The notes below the pieces were generated by a model. The model was not told the DNA's origin, searched no databases, and was given only the letters and a program-made list of their open reading frames with translations. Source: Pelomyxa schiedti (lineage: Eukaryota; Protista; Evosea). Taken from it: a stretch of 64,000 nt of DNA. Within the stretch, counting starts at the first letter, position 1; every line of letters starts with the position of its first letter. The position numbers and the translations under genes are program-made. Shown in pieces: positions 36,380-49,503 of the stretch. The stretch lies in NCBI GenBank assembly GCA_020536535.1, contig JAHLWZ010000423.1, positions 1-64,000 of the forward strand, read 5' to 3'.

Positions 36380-38065
36380 TCATTGTCTACACCTTTCGCA
36401 GCCAGAACACTCTGGACAACGGTGGCCTGGGGAGCAGTCTGGGCACACTGGACACCCACAGTCTCGGGTGCAAAACAATGGGCAGCGAGAGCAGGGCCAG
36501 TCGCCGAGGCAGCGGTAGCAAAAGTGCTTGCCACACGATGTGCAGCCAGTCCCTGGTTTGATGTGGTGGCACCCGTGGTCCTTGAAATGTGTGATCCCAG
36601 CCCCGCAGCCAGGGCACCTCTTCGTTGTCCTTCTCAGAAGCTCCTGCGTGGCCTCGTCGCGGCCTGCTGCCTGAGCCGCTCTTTCCTGGAGCTGCTGGCA
36701 AGTGGAGCCAAAGTGCCATCCAACTTTGCAGACTCGGCAGAACAGCGTGGCACATGTTGGGTTGACACAGCGCACCCGGGGCTCCACGTCGGGCCCCTCG
36801 CTGCCGATTATGGCGGATAGGCACTTGGGGCAGGAGCAACGCATGTTTTGAGTGCCGGGGGCTTGTTGGATCATTGCGGGAAGCTGCTGGGCATTGAAGC
36901 GGACAGCAAAATTCTTTGGGTTGTCTCGACCCCAGTTCAACATATCTAGGGAGGTGAGTGGTGGGTGGGGTAGGGAGGCGGGAGGGAGACAGTACTATTC
37001 GCTGAATCCTCGCAAAACGAGATTACTACTGTCGGCTCAATATATGACTGGTATAGGTCCATACCAGTAGCTGCTGGAGCGCCAGTTTTGCATTCTGGAC
37101 AGCGGCAGGGAAAGGCTCCTGTTTCGAGAGCAACCTGAAGGTACTGAAGAAAGCAGGGCTGGCAAAGCCTGTGACCGCATGTCAAGTTGAGAGGCTGACA
37201 AGCAGGATTCTCTTCGCAAACCTAGGTGCCAGTTTATTATGGTACATGTGCAGAAGTATGTTATATTATCATCTCACCAAACAATTGGGCGGAGGTGCTG
37301 GCTTTGCCTGATCGGCTACAAAGCAAGTACGACACAAGCTAAGGCCATCACATTTGGTACAGAAGTACCTTCCAGAAGGATTTTCAGCACAGCAAAGACT
37401 GCAGTTCCAAGTTCCATCTGTACTTGTTGGTGAGCAGACAAAATTTTTAATACTTTACTAGTAAATTTACTAATACAGGGGAAAAAAGACCCACTTCTGA
37501 AAGAGACAAGTGTGAGTGGGTGCGGATGCCCGATATTGGCATCCCTGCATCTTCCACAAAGATCGTAATCTCCACACTGCTCACACCTCCACCTATCAGA
37601 ACTCGCATTGCCATGTGTATGGCAGCTGTTGCAGAACCAAAAAGACGGCGAAGTGACCATCTTGAGTTGGTGTTGGTGCTTCCATGGTACATCTGCCATC
37701 GTGGGTACCACCCTGTGCTCCCGCTCCCTCCTAGAAGCATAGCAGCTGCCGCACAGGTCGGCGCCACAGCCGTAGCACCTGTATCTTGGCCTGTGTGCCC
37801 CTGAACCCGACAAAACGCTGAACGCAGCAAGGCACGCCACGCAGAACCAGCGGCCTTCATTCCCTGTGCACGGAACCAGCAGAGTTTCATGTGGGTGCCT
37901 GGCTGCCTTTGCTGCGTCGCTATGGCAGCCCTGGCACTGGTCGTAGTCGGAACATGTGGGACAGCGGAACCTGGGTGCCGTGGGACCTGGCCGTGCTCGA
38001 CAGATATCACAGAACCAGCCCTCAAAGGGTGTGACGAGGATGGGCTCGTGGTGGTGTGCTGACAT
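36380..38065 (-). CDS. RBR (RING-IBR-RING) E3 ligase with about four N-terminal ZZ-like zinc fingers
   Basis: Repeats of WFCxxC...RxRCxxCxDYDLC; LTCGHRLCQPC...CPEC; IBR CPKC..CVNPTC..FCRVCKVGWH..C; RING2 TKRCPGC..GCHHI..C..FCYRC. Confidence 0.88.
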
Positions 38066-38204
38066 TTTGTAAAACGAATATGAATGAAAATAAGGACCAA
38101 GTTCCGCTCTTTAAAGGGAAAGGCAAACCAACTAGGTTGTTCCTGACTTGAAAAGGTTCCATTTCTCATTGGTTTACCAAGGAATTTTCGTTTTGCCCGA
38201 AAAG

Positions 38205-39702
38205 TCAAGGTATCTTGCCGCGGGCAACGCGAGTGAGCTGTTGGAATGTGTATAATATTCCTTCTTGTGTGCGGGCACTGCAAGCTGTGCGGATTGAGGT
38301 TGGTTTTCAAAAATGGAAGAAGGTGGCAGTACTTGTAGCAAAACGACACCCAAGTTTCCTTGTCATTTCTTCTACTGGTGCACCATGTACATATTTGTGA
38401 CTGGCATCTGTGGTGCACAGCATGTCTTTCCTGTGTTGCCGTGTTAAGGGATATTCTGAAATCTAAAAAAAAAAAAAAAAACGCAACTTCATTCCAACAA
38501 GTAGTCTTGGCACATCTGGTTAGCAATTAGATAAATTGAAGATATTCCGTTGAATTACAAACTTGGGCAATGCTCTTTTATTTCTTTGAACCAGAAGTCG
38601 TAACAGTTTTCAAGCGTTTCGATATCAAGACAATTGTAGCAAATTGCAACACAATCAGCACACTTATAACCTTTTTTATACCAGGTGAACGGAGAACTGT
38701 AAGAAAAATGGTCTACGGTTCACTCGGAATTCATCAACTTCTTTTAACCCACTTGTATCTGAGATCTACTAGGAGGATTGAAGTTAGGGATAGGCACTTC
38801 ATACTTTTACTACCGACAAATGAAATCTAATTCCATCTATCATGACATTGACAGAAAAGGAATCAAAAGTGGTCTGCACATAATCCACTTGGGGGAAAAA
38901 AAACGGAATTGAATAGAGGAGACAAAGAGAAGTGAGCAAACTTGGGAAGGCATTATATGCATAGGAGTATAGTATAGCTGTCTTATTTTTTTTTAGTTGC
39001 TGTCAGTGAAAATTGGTTTTATTTCCCGAAAGATACCTTCCCAACAAAGGGATCCCCAACAAAAACGATGTGTATCGGATTTAGGGACGTGCAGCTGAAG
39101 TCAGTCATGAAGACGTCAGTGGCAATGATTGGTGCGGTATCACAAACTGGAGGATGAGATAAGTACTCACTTGTATTGCACAATACCAAAGAGTTGAAAT
39201 TACCAAAAAATGGGGATGAGTATTGAGTCAACTGAGTGTGGAGATTCTTATAGTGGACCTTTTGAAAAAAGAAGTTGTGTGAGCAGAAATGAAAGTGAAA
39301 AAAAGAACCACACAAGGCACTTTTCATTGTTCTCATCAAGATATACAACCCACGCCAGTGCTGGCTCAATATTAGCGTTTTTCCAAATGAACATGGATCC
39401 AGTTACAAGTGGGTATGAGGCCTAACATTCCCACAGCTCTTTCAGCACAAATCCTGGGCAACTTGCACAAAGAGCTGTTCCCCAAGCCCAAGCAACAAAT
39501 AATTTAAAAAAAAAAAAGGGGGGGGGGGGAGTTTTGTTCTCAAACAAGCAGGCAGACAAACCACACATCCACCAACTCAGTCTCACCTTAACGCGCCACA
39601 TCTGGGATGGTACCCACACAGAAAAGCGATGGCCGACTTGAAATCACGCCCCTGCTCCTCGAATGACACCTTCCCCCTGAGTCTCTCCAACACCATCGTC
39701 AT
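38205..39702 (-). CDS. Atypical Rho/Rac-like GTPase with an N-terminal HPRCG module; possible frameshift near 39455
   Basis: Spliced C-terminal domain: IVFVGDPFVGKT, DYVQTTFD, ISDTSGL, YKCADCVAICY, WFKEIKEHCP, LVGMKKD and CSARTQEG. No CAAX. N-terminal splicing is ambiguous. Confidence 0.75.
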
Positions 39703-39832
39703 TTTTTCAGTTGTCAACGCTTCCTTCCGAATGAGTGGAGTGCTCCTTGAAGTTCGAACTTCAAGCCCAGGGAAAAAAGTTTTCCTCAAGTTCAACAACC
39801 ATCAGAGTTCCACACCCCCACGGTTCGGTGAG

Positions 39833-41835
39833 ATGGCCACAGATAATCACAGCGCGGTGTCGGGAGATCCACAAGTCGGCGTGGATGCCAATCACAATTA
39901 CCACATGACACCTGACGAGTAAGTTTAAGTTCTCTCTCCTTTCGTGTTTTCATTTTTTTTTTGTTTCTGTCTTACCTTCTGCAATAGGTTCAGAAAATGG
40001 GGGCATGCACTTGTTGATTGGGTTGCAGACTATCAAAGTGGGTGTGAGAAATACCCTGTAAAGCCACATGTATGTATTTATGCCACTAGGTAAATGGAAT
40101 TGTGAAGCTTACTTTCTTCCCTGTGCATCAGGTGATGCCTGGGGATGTACGGAGGCAACTTCCTAGTCAACCACCACTGTCACCAGAGGGCAATTTTCAG
40201 AATATCATGAATGACTTGGATTCTATAGTTATACCAGGAATTATGCACTGGCAGTCACCAAACTTTTTCGGATACTTTCCAGCCAACTCTTCTGGTTAGA
40301 GCACATGTGATTCGAATAGTTCCTAAGTTCACTTCAACCAGGTCCCTCGGTTCTTGCTGACCTAGTGTGCAGTGGCCTGGGAGTTCAGGGAATGCTCTGG
40401 TCGACTAGTCCAGCTTGCACTGAAATAGAGGTATAGAGGGGAGTTGTACAGAGCAGCACAGTAATGTCAACTTCACAGTCTCATGTAATGGACTGGCTGG
40501 TTGACTTGATGAACCTTCCTCCCACTTTTAAAACGACATCTACAGGTTGGCTTTATGCAATGAGTTTCTAGGCTAATTGGGGAAGGCGGTGGGGTAATAC
40601 AGGACGGTGCAAGCGGTTCTGTGCTAACGGCTATTTGTTGTGCACGTGACAAGAAAACCAACTTTCAGTCTCGGGAACAAGGTTTCCCTTCGTATTCTTC
40701 TTCTCCTCATTCCATGTTTTCAAGGCATTTGCGGCTCAGCGAAACTTATTGCCTATTGTTCACCCCATACGCATTCTTCAGTGGAAAAGGCATTGATGGT
40801 TTCTAGTATAGGGAGAGCCAATATTCGTCAAATTGCCGTTGACCCTATCACCCAAGCAATGGACCCAATTAGCCTCGAGGCAGCCATTGTAGCCGATCTA
40901 GCAGCAGGAGCTGTGCCGTTCTTCGTATGTGCAACTGTAGGCACAACCTCCACAAATGCTATGGATCCCCTAGACACAATTGGACAAGTAATCACATCAA
41001 ATTTCGTTATACAATTATTTATTGTTCATAAGGTATGTGTTAAGTACAACCTTTGGTTGCATGTAGATGCTGCTATGTGCGGCACTGCCGCTATTTGCCC
41101 AGAATTTAGGTACTGTCAACTTCCCGAGTCCTCTAATATGAATTCAAGGTGGATCATCAAGGGCTTGGAATATGCTAACAGCTACTGCTTCAACCCCCAC
41201 AAGTGGATGTTCACCAATAGCGATTGCTCCTGCTTCTTTGTTTCTGACAAAGCAATTCTCATTAAGACCCTGAGTGTTCTTCCCGAGTATCTTCGAAATC
41301 AGGCTAGTTGTGTTATCTTTCCATCTCTTTAATTCTACATGCAGGCTACTGAGTCGGGTTCAGTCATTGACTACCGCGACTGGCACATTCCATTAGGCCG
41401 GAGGTTTCGCTCACTGAAGTTGTGGTTCGTTTTGCGGCACTATGGCCAGGAAGGACTTCAGTACCACATAAGGCAGCACGTTGGTAAGTCCTTCAAAATT
41501 CGGAATTCCAAAGAATTGATCCCTATTGAATAGCACTGGCACAAAAAGTAGCACAGTGGATACGGGAAAGCTCACAACTCCAGCTGTTCGGGGACCCACC
41601 AATGAACTTAGTGTGCTTCAGACTGCGGAATCCCCCAGCAACAATACCCAACCCCGACGAGACCCTCCTAAACAGAGTGAATGCCACTGGGAAAGTACTT
41701 CTGACCCACACCAAGGTAGACAACAAGTTCATTCTGAGAATGTGCATCGGAACAACACACACGACCCCGGAGCACGTCCAAGCAGCGTGGACCATTATCC
41801 AAGAAGAGGCCACTAAGATTCTCTCTGGCAACTAA
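39833..41835 (+). CDS. DDC: Aromatic-L-amino-acid (DOPA/tyrosine) decarboxylase, PLP-dependent group II
   Basis: [54 protein letters not shown] (PLP lysine) and [19 protein letters not shown]. Confidence 0.93.
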
Positions 41836-42032
41836 AAGAATCCTCTCAGATTCGATCTTTTTTGTGGTACCTTTTCCTTAGTTAGGGAAAGAACCGAGGT
41901 GCAAGCTTTCGCCCATTTCTTTTTGCGTTCAAATGTGAGTGGGGGTTTCACAATGTCAACTTGTCTATTTCGGTTGCGATACACTCCCGGATCGGAAGAT
42001 CTCGAGTCACAAATTTCACTTTTTACAAAGTG

Positions 42033-43402
42033 ATGAGTGGTGACGGCAGTTCCCCGGAGTTGGTGGTGGAGTCTAATTTGACGCATAATGTCTATCACTT
42101 AACCAAGGTAATAGGAAGGTACTGCCGTTGGTCTTTTTCCCTTCTCCGTATCATGCGTTTTTTTTTTTGTTTCCTGATTTTTTTTTTCTTTTCTCCCGTT
42201 TCAGGGGTACCTATGCATACGTGTATTACGCGGAGGTGGAGAATACTAGGGAAGTGGTGGCTGTCAAAGTAATAGATAAGGTCAATCTCGTAAACCAAAA
42301 GCAACGAATAAATCTGTTGCGTGAGGTGGAAATAATGCGGACAGTAAACCATCCCAATGTATTTCTCATTTTCCTACCCTCCATTCTCATCTAGACACTT
42401 AGGTTTTGTCTCTCTTAGACCTCATTGAAGATGAAACATGTATATATATCGTCACCCCGCAGTATCAATTCATAACTATCCCTACATACCCCCTAACTTC
42501 CTCTAGTATGGGCGGGGGAGAATTATTCAATAAAATTACTTATCACGGACACTTAACAGAAGGTGATGCTGTGACCATCGTCAAGCAGGTTTCCTAAACC
42601 ACTCTTATTTCCCAGTAATAAACCTCATAAGATTTGTGAAGGAATTAACTTTTTACACTCTCTCGGGATTTGTCACCGAGACTTGGTTGTCTCACACATA
42701 TCTTTTGTTTAGACACCTAACAAACACAAAGAAACCAGAAAATATCTTGTGTTCTGAAGAGCCTGTCAATTTTCGAGTTGTCATTAGTGACTTTGGTACA
42801 CTAAGTCTGCTTGTTCTCCTAACCTCATATTGTTTGTAAGGCCTTTCTAAACTCTTTGGGCGTGGTGAGCTAATGAAAACAGCGTGTGGATTCTACAGGT
42901 CACGTAGATTTCTGCTCACACATTTCACAGGTGTGGCACTTTGCAATATGCTGCCCCTGAAATTTTCACTTCGCGAATATACTCCGAAGCATGTGACATG
43001 TGGGCTCTTGGTGTAATTGCCTATGTAATGTGCGGAGTGACATAATACTAACAACGAAACCTCACCCCACCGACAGGTTAACGGGATGCTTTCCATTTGA
43101 TGGAACCTACCACGACTTAATGAACAAGATATCCAGAGCCAATTATTGCAAGGGCAACTTAAATGCGGTCGGAGTATCACCTGCAGGTATGGAATAATTT
43201 CGCAACATCAGACACATTAACGCTTCCCATTCCATCAACACAAAAAACAGCCATCGCCTTCATCGAGTGTCTTCTTCAAGTGGAACCCAGCAACAGGATG
43301 CAAGCCCGTGACGCCCTTGCACACCCGTGGCTTGCCTCCCCAACAGAATCGCCTGGAGTTTCTTTGCGTCAAAGCCTTGCTCTACTTCGCCAAAACCGGT
43401 GA
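42033..43402 (+). CDS. CAMK-group Ser/Thr kinase (CaMK1/MLCK-A-like)
   Basis: [47 protein letters not shown] and HPW across GT-AG introns. Confidence 0.92.
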
Positions 43403-43586
43403 CTGTATCACCACCAAGCTGTTTGTACTTCTGTCAACCAAACTACGCATCAAATCAAAACCCTTCTGGGCTCCTTATATAGTCGCCCAGAAGTCTAAAG
43501 CCAAACCCGTACCACAACGACAATGAAAACAAAAAAAATACCGCCAAGTTGGGGCCAATTTCATCAAAAGTAAAGAAACAGGGAGA

Positions 43587-44614
43587 ATGGACGACCGGGA
43601 GAGGATGCGGTTGCTGAAGTTGCTGATGGGCACGAAGCTGTCGGGCAGTGGCTCGTCAAAATCTTCATCCCCTGCTGTCACGGTTATTATTATTATTATT
43701 ATTTTTGTTTTAGATGACAGTGGTTGGGGATTTTCATGTTGTTGGGTTGGTTTTGTAGTTTTTTTTTTTCGCCAACTGTAGTGGATATGACAGCCACAAG
43801 AAATGCAACAAAAGTACGAGCTGTATGTGGCTACCCACGATTTTCACGTTGGGGATTTGGTGCAGTGGAAGCCAGCAATGAAAAATAGAAAAAAACCTGC
43901 CGACGGCGAAATTGGCGTTGTGGTAAACCTGTTGGATGAACCTGTGTATCCCTCACTGAAGCGAGAATGGTTTCTCTTTCATTTTTTTCAGTTTAAAATA
44001 AAGCCTATCTTTTTGAAAAACTCATTTTTTACCAAGTGATGCAGGCTCACCTCTGTTCAGAGAACCTCTTGACATTGCTATAGGAATGCTTGACAGTGAC
44101 GGTGAATTCATTGTATGCCATTTCGACAAGCATAGGTTCATGCCGGCTGTCAACAGTTCTATGACAACACGTAACGTTATTATTTCATAGAAATGATTTG
44201 TTTTTAAATGAGCCTAATCAACACAAATAGCTGAAGGAAGTCGCTTACAACAACTGTGCCGATCTCTAACGGAGCCCCCAGACCCAACCCTACGGCCTGG
44301 GGATTTTGTCAAATGGAAACCAGGGCTCAAAAACAAGAAAAAGCCTGGTTAGTATACTGATGTAACTTTAGTTGCTTACTTTATTAGGTGACGGTGAGTC
44401 CGCCATTGTAATAGAAATACTTGAGGAGCCAATTTTTGATATGAAGAAGAGTGCCGGTACACCTTACTTCCTAGAGCCACTATCTGTGAAATTGGGCTTG
44501 CTCGACTCTGATGGTTTTTCTCTTCTTTATCCACAAAGTCTTCTCTAAACCCAATAAGGTGACTTTCTGATATTCCACTATGATTTGCGTCGATTCGAGA
44601 AGTCCAATAGATGA
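43587..44614 (+). CDS. Hypothetical protein with two tandem copies of a ~75-aa SH3/KOW-like domain
   Basis: Repeat 1: GDLVQWKPAMKNRKKPADGE..LDEPVY..AGSPLFREPLDIAIGMLDSDGEF..HFDKHRF. Repeat 2: GDFVKWKPGLKNKKKPGDGE..LEEPIF..AGTPYFLEPLSVKLGLLDSDGDF..HYDLRRF. Confidence 0.8.
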
Positions 44615-44747
44615 TGGCACCTGCTCTCGTCTTATTTATTTAAAAAAGAAAAAAAAAACGTCAATCTCGTATCTGAAAGGTTCGTAATTTCGGGTTTTTT
44701 CGTCCTTTCAAGAAACAAGAAAAACATAGAACAAACAAACAAAAAAA

Positions 44748-47700
44748 ATGCTCGGCGACGACGACGGCCTGACCCTGACGGCTGAGGAAGTAAACGAGTT
44801 GGTGCAGGACATATCGCAATCAAGAGGAGATCCTCTCAGAGCGGCAAAGAGGCTCGTGAGTGCGTTGCGACCGGTGGGGGACAAGAAGGACCGGTCGGTG
44901 TTCAAACTAACGAAGAAGAAATCGCGCCATGGCGCGAAGGCCGCCACCGCGAAAGAAGCGCGAGATTGCGCCGGGGAGGCACTGAAAAATCTGGCGCAAG
45001 TGGCTCCCGATCGCTTGGTGGTGACGCTTCTGGCATTGTTGGTTGATCCTACTTTGAATCGCATGGTACGAGCTTTCTTTCTATTTAAAGTTACTGCCAT
45101 TTTTTTTAGCATAAGCAAGTTGTGGTGGAAGAATTGGGCCGTTGCTTGGCACTTGAACGCCAGAGTGTTTGGGGAAGGTTATCACCAGCCACTCAAGAGC
45201 AAATAAAGGTTGCTTGAAGCTTTAGAGGTTTTCCCAACTGTATTCAGATTCAAATACTTGAAGCACTAAAACTCGAGAAAGACATAAAAGTACTCAGGCC
45301 CTTATGTTCACTTGTGGCAGACTTTTCACTCAAACTTACCCCTCCAGGTCCATCATGTGCATTTTTCTTTCCATCCTTCTTATATCATAAAGGACAAGCA
45401 TTATTCCCATTCATCTTTCAGTGCATCAAATCTCCGGTAATAAACTTCCTTCCTTGACCCTGGTTTTAACCTGGAGAATCTAGGATGAATATCACAGAAT
45501 TTCTGGGTTTGCCATTCTGTCGGACTTGGCTGTACTTCTTGGTTATGAGGTCTTTGCTCCCCATATGTCCCAAGTTATCACTATTCTTCACATGGGTCTA
45601 AAAGATCCTAGTATTCAAGTATGCCAGTATTCTACATTTCTTCTTCCCTGAAATTCCCATTTCAAGGTTAAAGCGGAAGCTATTTATACCATTAGTTCAT
45701 TTGCCACAATCTCACCACCTACCTCGCCACTTCAAAGCTTTCTTCCTCTCATGCTTGAGGTTTTCCTCCAACTCCACCACTCATGTAATATACTCTAGAC
45801 TCTCAACGTAGCTGTATGGCAAAAAAACGAGGAGGAATCCAAAAGAATTATCTCTGATTTTGTAGAGCTCTGTTCATTACAGACCCACTTTTTCAACCCT
45901 CATTTATCTGATGTATTGTCTTCCATGTTCCTCATTGCATCATCTCCAACGAATTCAGATGGTTTCTTCCCTCCATTTCATCTTGTTGGACAAAACTTTC
46001 ACAGAAATACGACAGTCTGCCGTAGAATTTTTGGTTTTATATGCTGAAACCTTCCCCACTATTAAACGGTCTCCTCCTTCACTGCTTTTATTATTTCCCA
46101 ACCTGCTTCCTCAGAAAACAGCCGACTTTTGTGAGCACAATTGTACCTTTCCTTCTTGAGCTTCTTGCCACTGTTCCAGAAAATGATCAGTGGGAGACTG
46201 ACTTTGAGACAGAGAACCACGTAACAAATTCTGCTGTTGGTGAAGGAGCTCTTGACCGGATTTCTTTAGCTCTTGGTATGGTTGAACATATGATGAACTG
46301 TACCCAATGAAGTCAGGTGGCACAGCTGTTTGCCCAGTCTTACTTTCATCTATTTCCAGTATGCTTATTAACAAAGCAGACTGGAGAAAAAGATGGGCAG
46401 GGCTTGTGGGTCTTGGTGTTTGTGCCGAGGGCTGCCACTCTGTTATGCGTAAGCACATGCCTGAAATATTGAGGTTTGAAGTGTTTAAGACACTCTTTAC
46501 TTATCAATTATGTAGTGTTGTTGTGTCACTCTTTGAAGATGAACACCCACGAGTAAGATGGGCAGCTTGCCATTGTATTGCTCAGTTCTCAACAGATATT
46601 GTACCACCCCTAACCAAAATGGAATGTACTAATTAATGTCCCAAGCCGCTTTTACAGAAACAGTTCTTTGATGTAATAATGCCTCCGTTGCTAAGGCATT
46701 TTAGTGATTCCTCATTGAGGTACTTAGTAGTGCCATCATTCTGGTAACTTTAGCCTCCAGAGTACAAGTCCACAGTATAGATGCAATGGCAGAGTTTGTC
46801 AGGGAATGTCCTGTTTCCAAGCTGGAACCTGTTCTGGAGCAACTATTATCACAACTGTTACCACTACTTTCTCACCCGTATATTTCCTACTCTGGATCTT
46901 TCTCTCTGCAGACAACACTCCTTTCAGGCACCCGCAAGTGGGTGAAGTGGCTCTCCAGACTATTTCTGAGCTTGCTAGGGCTTCTGATAAAAGCTTTTCC
47001 AAGGTTGTAAATTCCTGATGGCATATTTTTCTCACCTTCTGTAGTATTATACGACTTTGGTGCCTCTGCTTAAAAAGTTATTTGTGCTTTTCTTTTTGTG
47101 TTACTGATATTTTGTAGTATAATTAAGACAAGTGATTCTGCTAGAAAGAAACTTCAGTACACAGCAATGGAGTGCTTAAGTTTCATTGGTAATACTCCCC
47201 CACTAGGTCTCTTAATTAAAAGCTTCCTTCCAGCTGTGTCTGCTGGAAAGGAACTCTTTCAAAGAGATGCACAAGAAATCCTACCTGGTTTCCTCGCACT
47301 TCTACCAGTATGTCCGGAATTTATCTGTTACTGTTATTTACATGGGTTCAAAGGAACTTGACTCCTCGGATCCAGAAAAAGCTTCTTATGTTCACTCTGC
47401 AATATGTAGGTTTTCTGAGTGTCTGGGCCAAGACTTCTCACCATTTTTGTGTATGGTTGTGCCCCCTTTGCTGACTAGAGCTTCGGGATCCATCGACGTT
47501 CAATTATTTGAGAGTGAGAATTTCACTTCTCTTTCCTCAATAACCTACTTGTAGAGCAAGGTTGTCCACAGGAGGGATGGGACGTATTCCGATGTGGTGA
47601 GAGGGTAATAAAATAGAATAAAATTGCTGCCACTTAATGACTGTAGGAAATTGGTGTTAACACAAGTTCCATTGAGGCAAAAACGGAATCACTACTCCTG

Positions 47701-49470
47701 CTTTCTGTATATGGAAGCATTGTGAAAGAACACTTCGTGCCCTTTATCCCCGAAATTGTTCGGATCATTGTGGAGAATATGAAGTGTGCTTATAGTGACG
47801 GTAAGGCAGCATACCCTATACATAGCTAACAGTTCTTCAGAGGTACGATCAGCTGCTGCTTCCCTTATCCCAATTCTTTTCGAATGTATAAAAGCCCAGG
47901 AGAAGAAAAATCCATTTGTCCAAGTCCCACTGCAGTTTTGGCAGGATCTGTACAAGGGAATGCTATCAACCATGGCCTCAGAACCGTCCAAAGAGATTTT
48001 ACTTGTCCAGATAGATGCAATTATGGATGTATCTCCCCGATAACAACCCCACCTCCAACAACAACAACAACAAAAAAAAAACAGACTCTAGATCATGTGG
48101 ATGCCAGATACATTTCTGTGCCAGATTTATTGAAATTCATAGACTTTACAATTCCACTCTATTCTATGTTCCAGAGATCCAACGATGATCGCCAAAGTTT
48201 GTACAGTTGACTCCAACATTTTGCCTTACAGTGTACCAGTGGTGCGGGCGCGGACCACTGATCTGGCCGAAGAAGACACGGAGCTAATAGCAGCCGAAGA
48301 AAAAACGGAATATGATGTTGTCGCAAGGGTAAATAGAAATTGTCATCTTTTGCATAGTTTACAACATCCACAGGCCAATACATGTATTATGAAGATGGCA
48401 AATTTTAGTCTTCAGCTACAACAATGCTACATCTCGCGTTTCACCACAGACGTACTCCCGATTCTTTTGAATATGATGGTTTGTTACAAGGTGGTTGTCA
48501 ACCAGTTCAATAACAGGATAAAGAGAGAAGGACGTTGTGTTTATGAGAGATGCTTAGCCCTGTGTGCATTTGATGACATCATCGATCTCTCCTGGTTTTC
48601 ATCAAACAGAACCATAAACCGTTAACAACGTTTAGGGAAGAAGCGAAAGTACATTTGCCACATTTCTCCAGGGTTTTACTGGAAAGTACTGCAACAAACA
48701 AGCACCCACCACTGCGCCAATCCGCTGCCTATGGCCTAGGTTCCCATTACTATTTCCATTCTCCCTGATACGTATCTTTCTCCTTTCGATTTTCTTAAGG
48801 GATTTGCGGAATGAAAGGCGGAGATGATTTTACACCATTAGCTTTAAATGCAGTTGCCATTTTGTGTCAAGCTCTACAAGATCCCAGCACATCAGGGGAA
48901 GATTGGGCCAGCGCCAATGATAATGTTGTCTCAGCAATATTGAAGATATGTATATCACCCAGTGGTATGTATCAACCAGCCATAAACGATTAAAAAATCA
49001 AAAAATACTGAAGGGAAGGCTGTTGATAAGGCGTCTGTCTTTCCTATTGTATTGAAGGGGCTCCCCATTACTGAAGATGAAGTGGAGGCGAATCTAGTAT
49101 ACTTTACACTTTCCCAAGTGCTACACGAGTGTGACAACTTCTACCGCTTTCCTTCGTTTTACACAATCCCAGTACCCCTGCCCTCATTCTTGGCCGAAAT
49201 TTTGAATACCTCGAAAAGGTCATCCAAGTAATTGCAGCGGTAGTCAGCAATTTCGACCTTGTAACACCTGAAATCAACCTGAAGTTCGCGGGATTCTTGC
49301 ACCTACTCACACAACCTGGAGGACTTAGTGGTCTCCCACCCTGTCCACAAGAAAAGCTAGTGCAAATATGGAGTGCACTGAGTGAACAAGCCAAAATGAA
49401 CCTCAATGGTCTCCAGAGCTTATTTCAAGTACATTCTGCACAAAACAAACCAACTGTTGGAAATTTATAA
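44748..49470 (+). CDS. IPO5: Importin-5/Kap121-like karyopherin beta, about 28 introns
   Basis: ALDRISLALGG, HPRVRWAACHCIAQFSTD, ECLSFIAVSAGKELF, LRQSAAYGLG, DNVVSAILKI and LPITEDEVEA. Confidence 0.85.
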
Positions 49471-49503
49471 AGAACCAGCACCCTCACACAAATTGTTGTT
49501 GAC

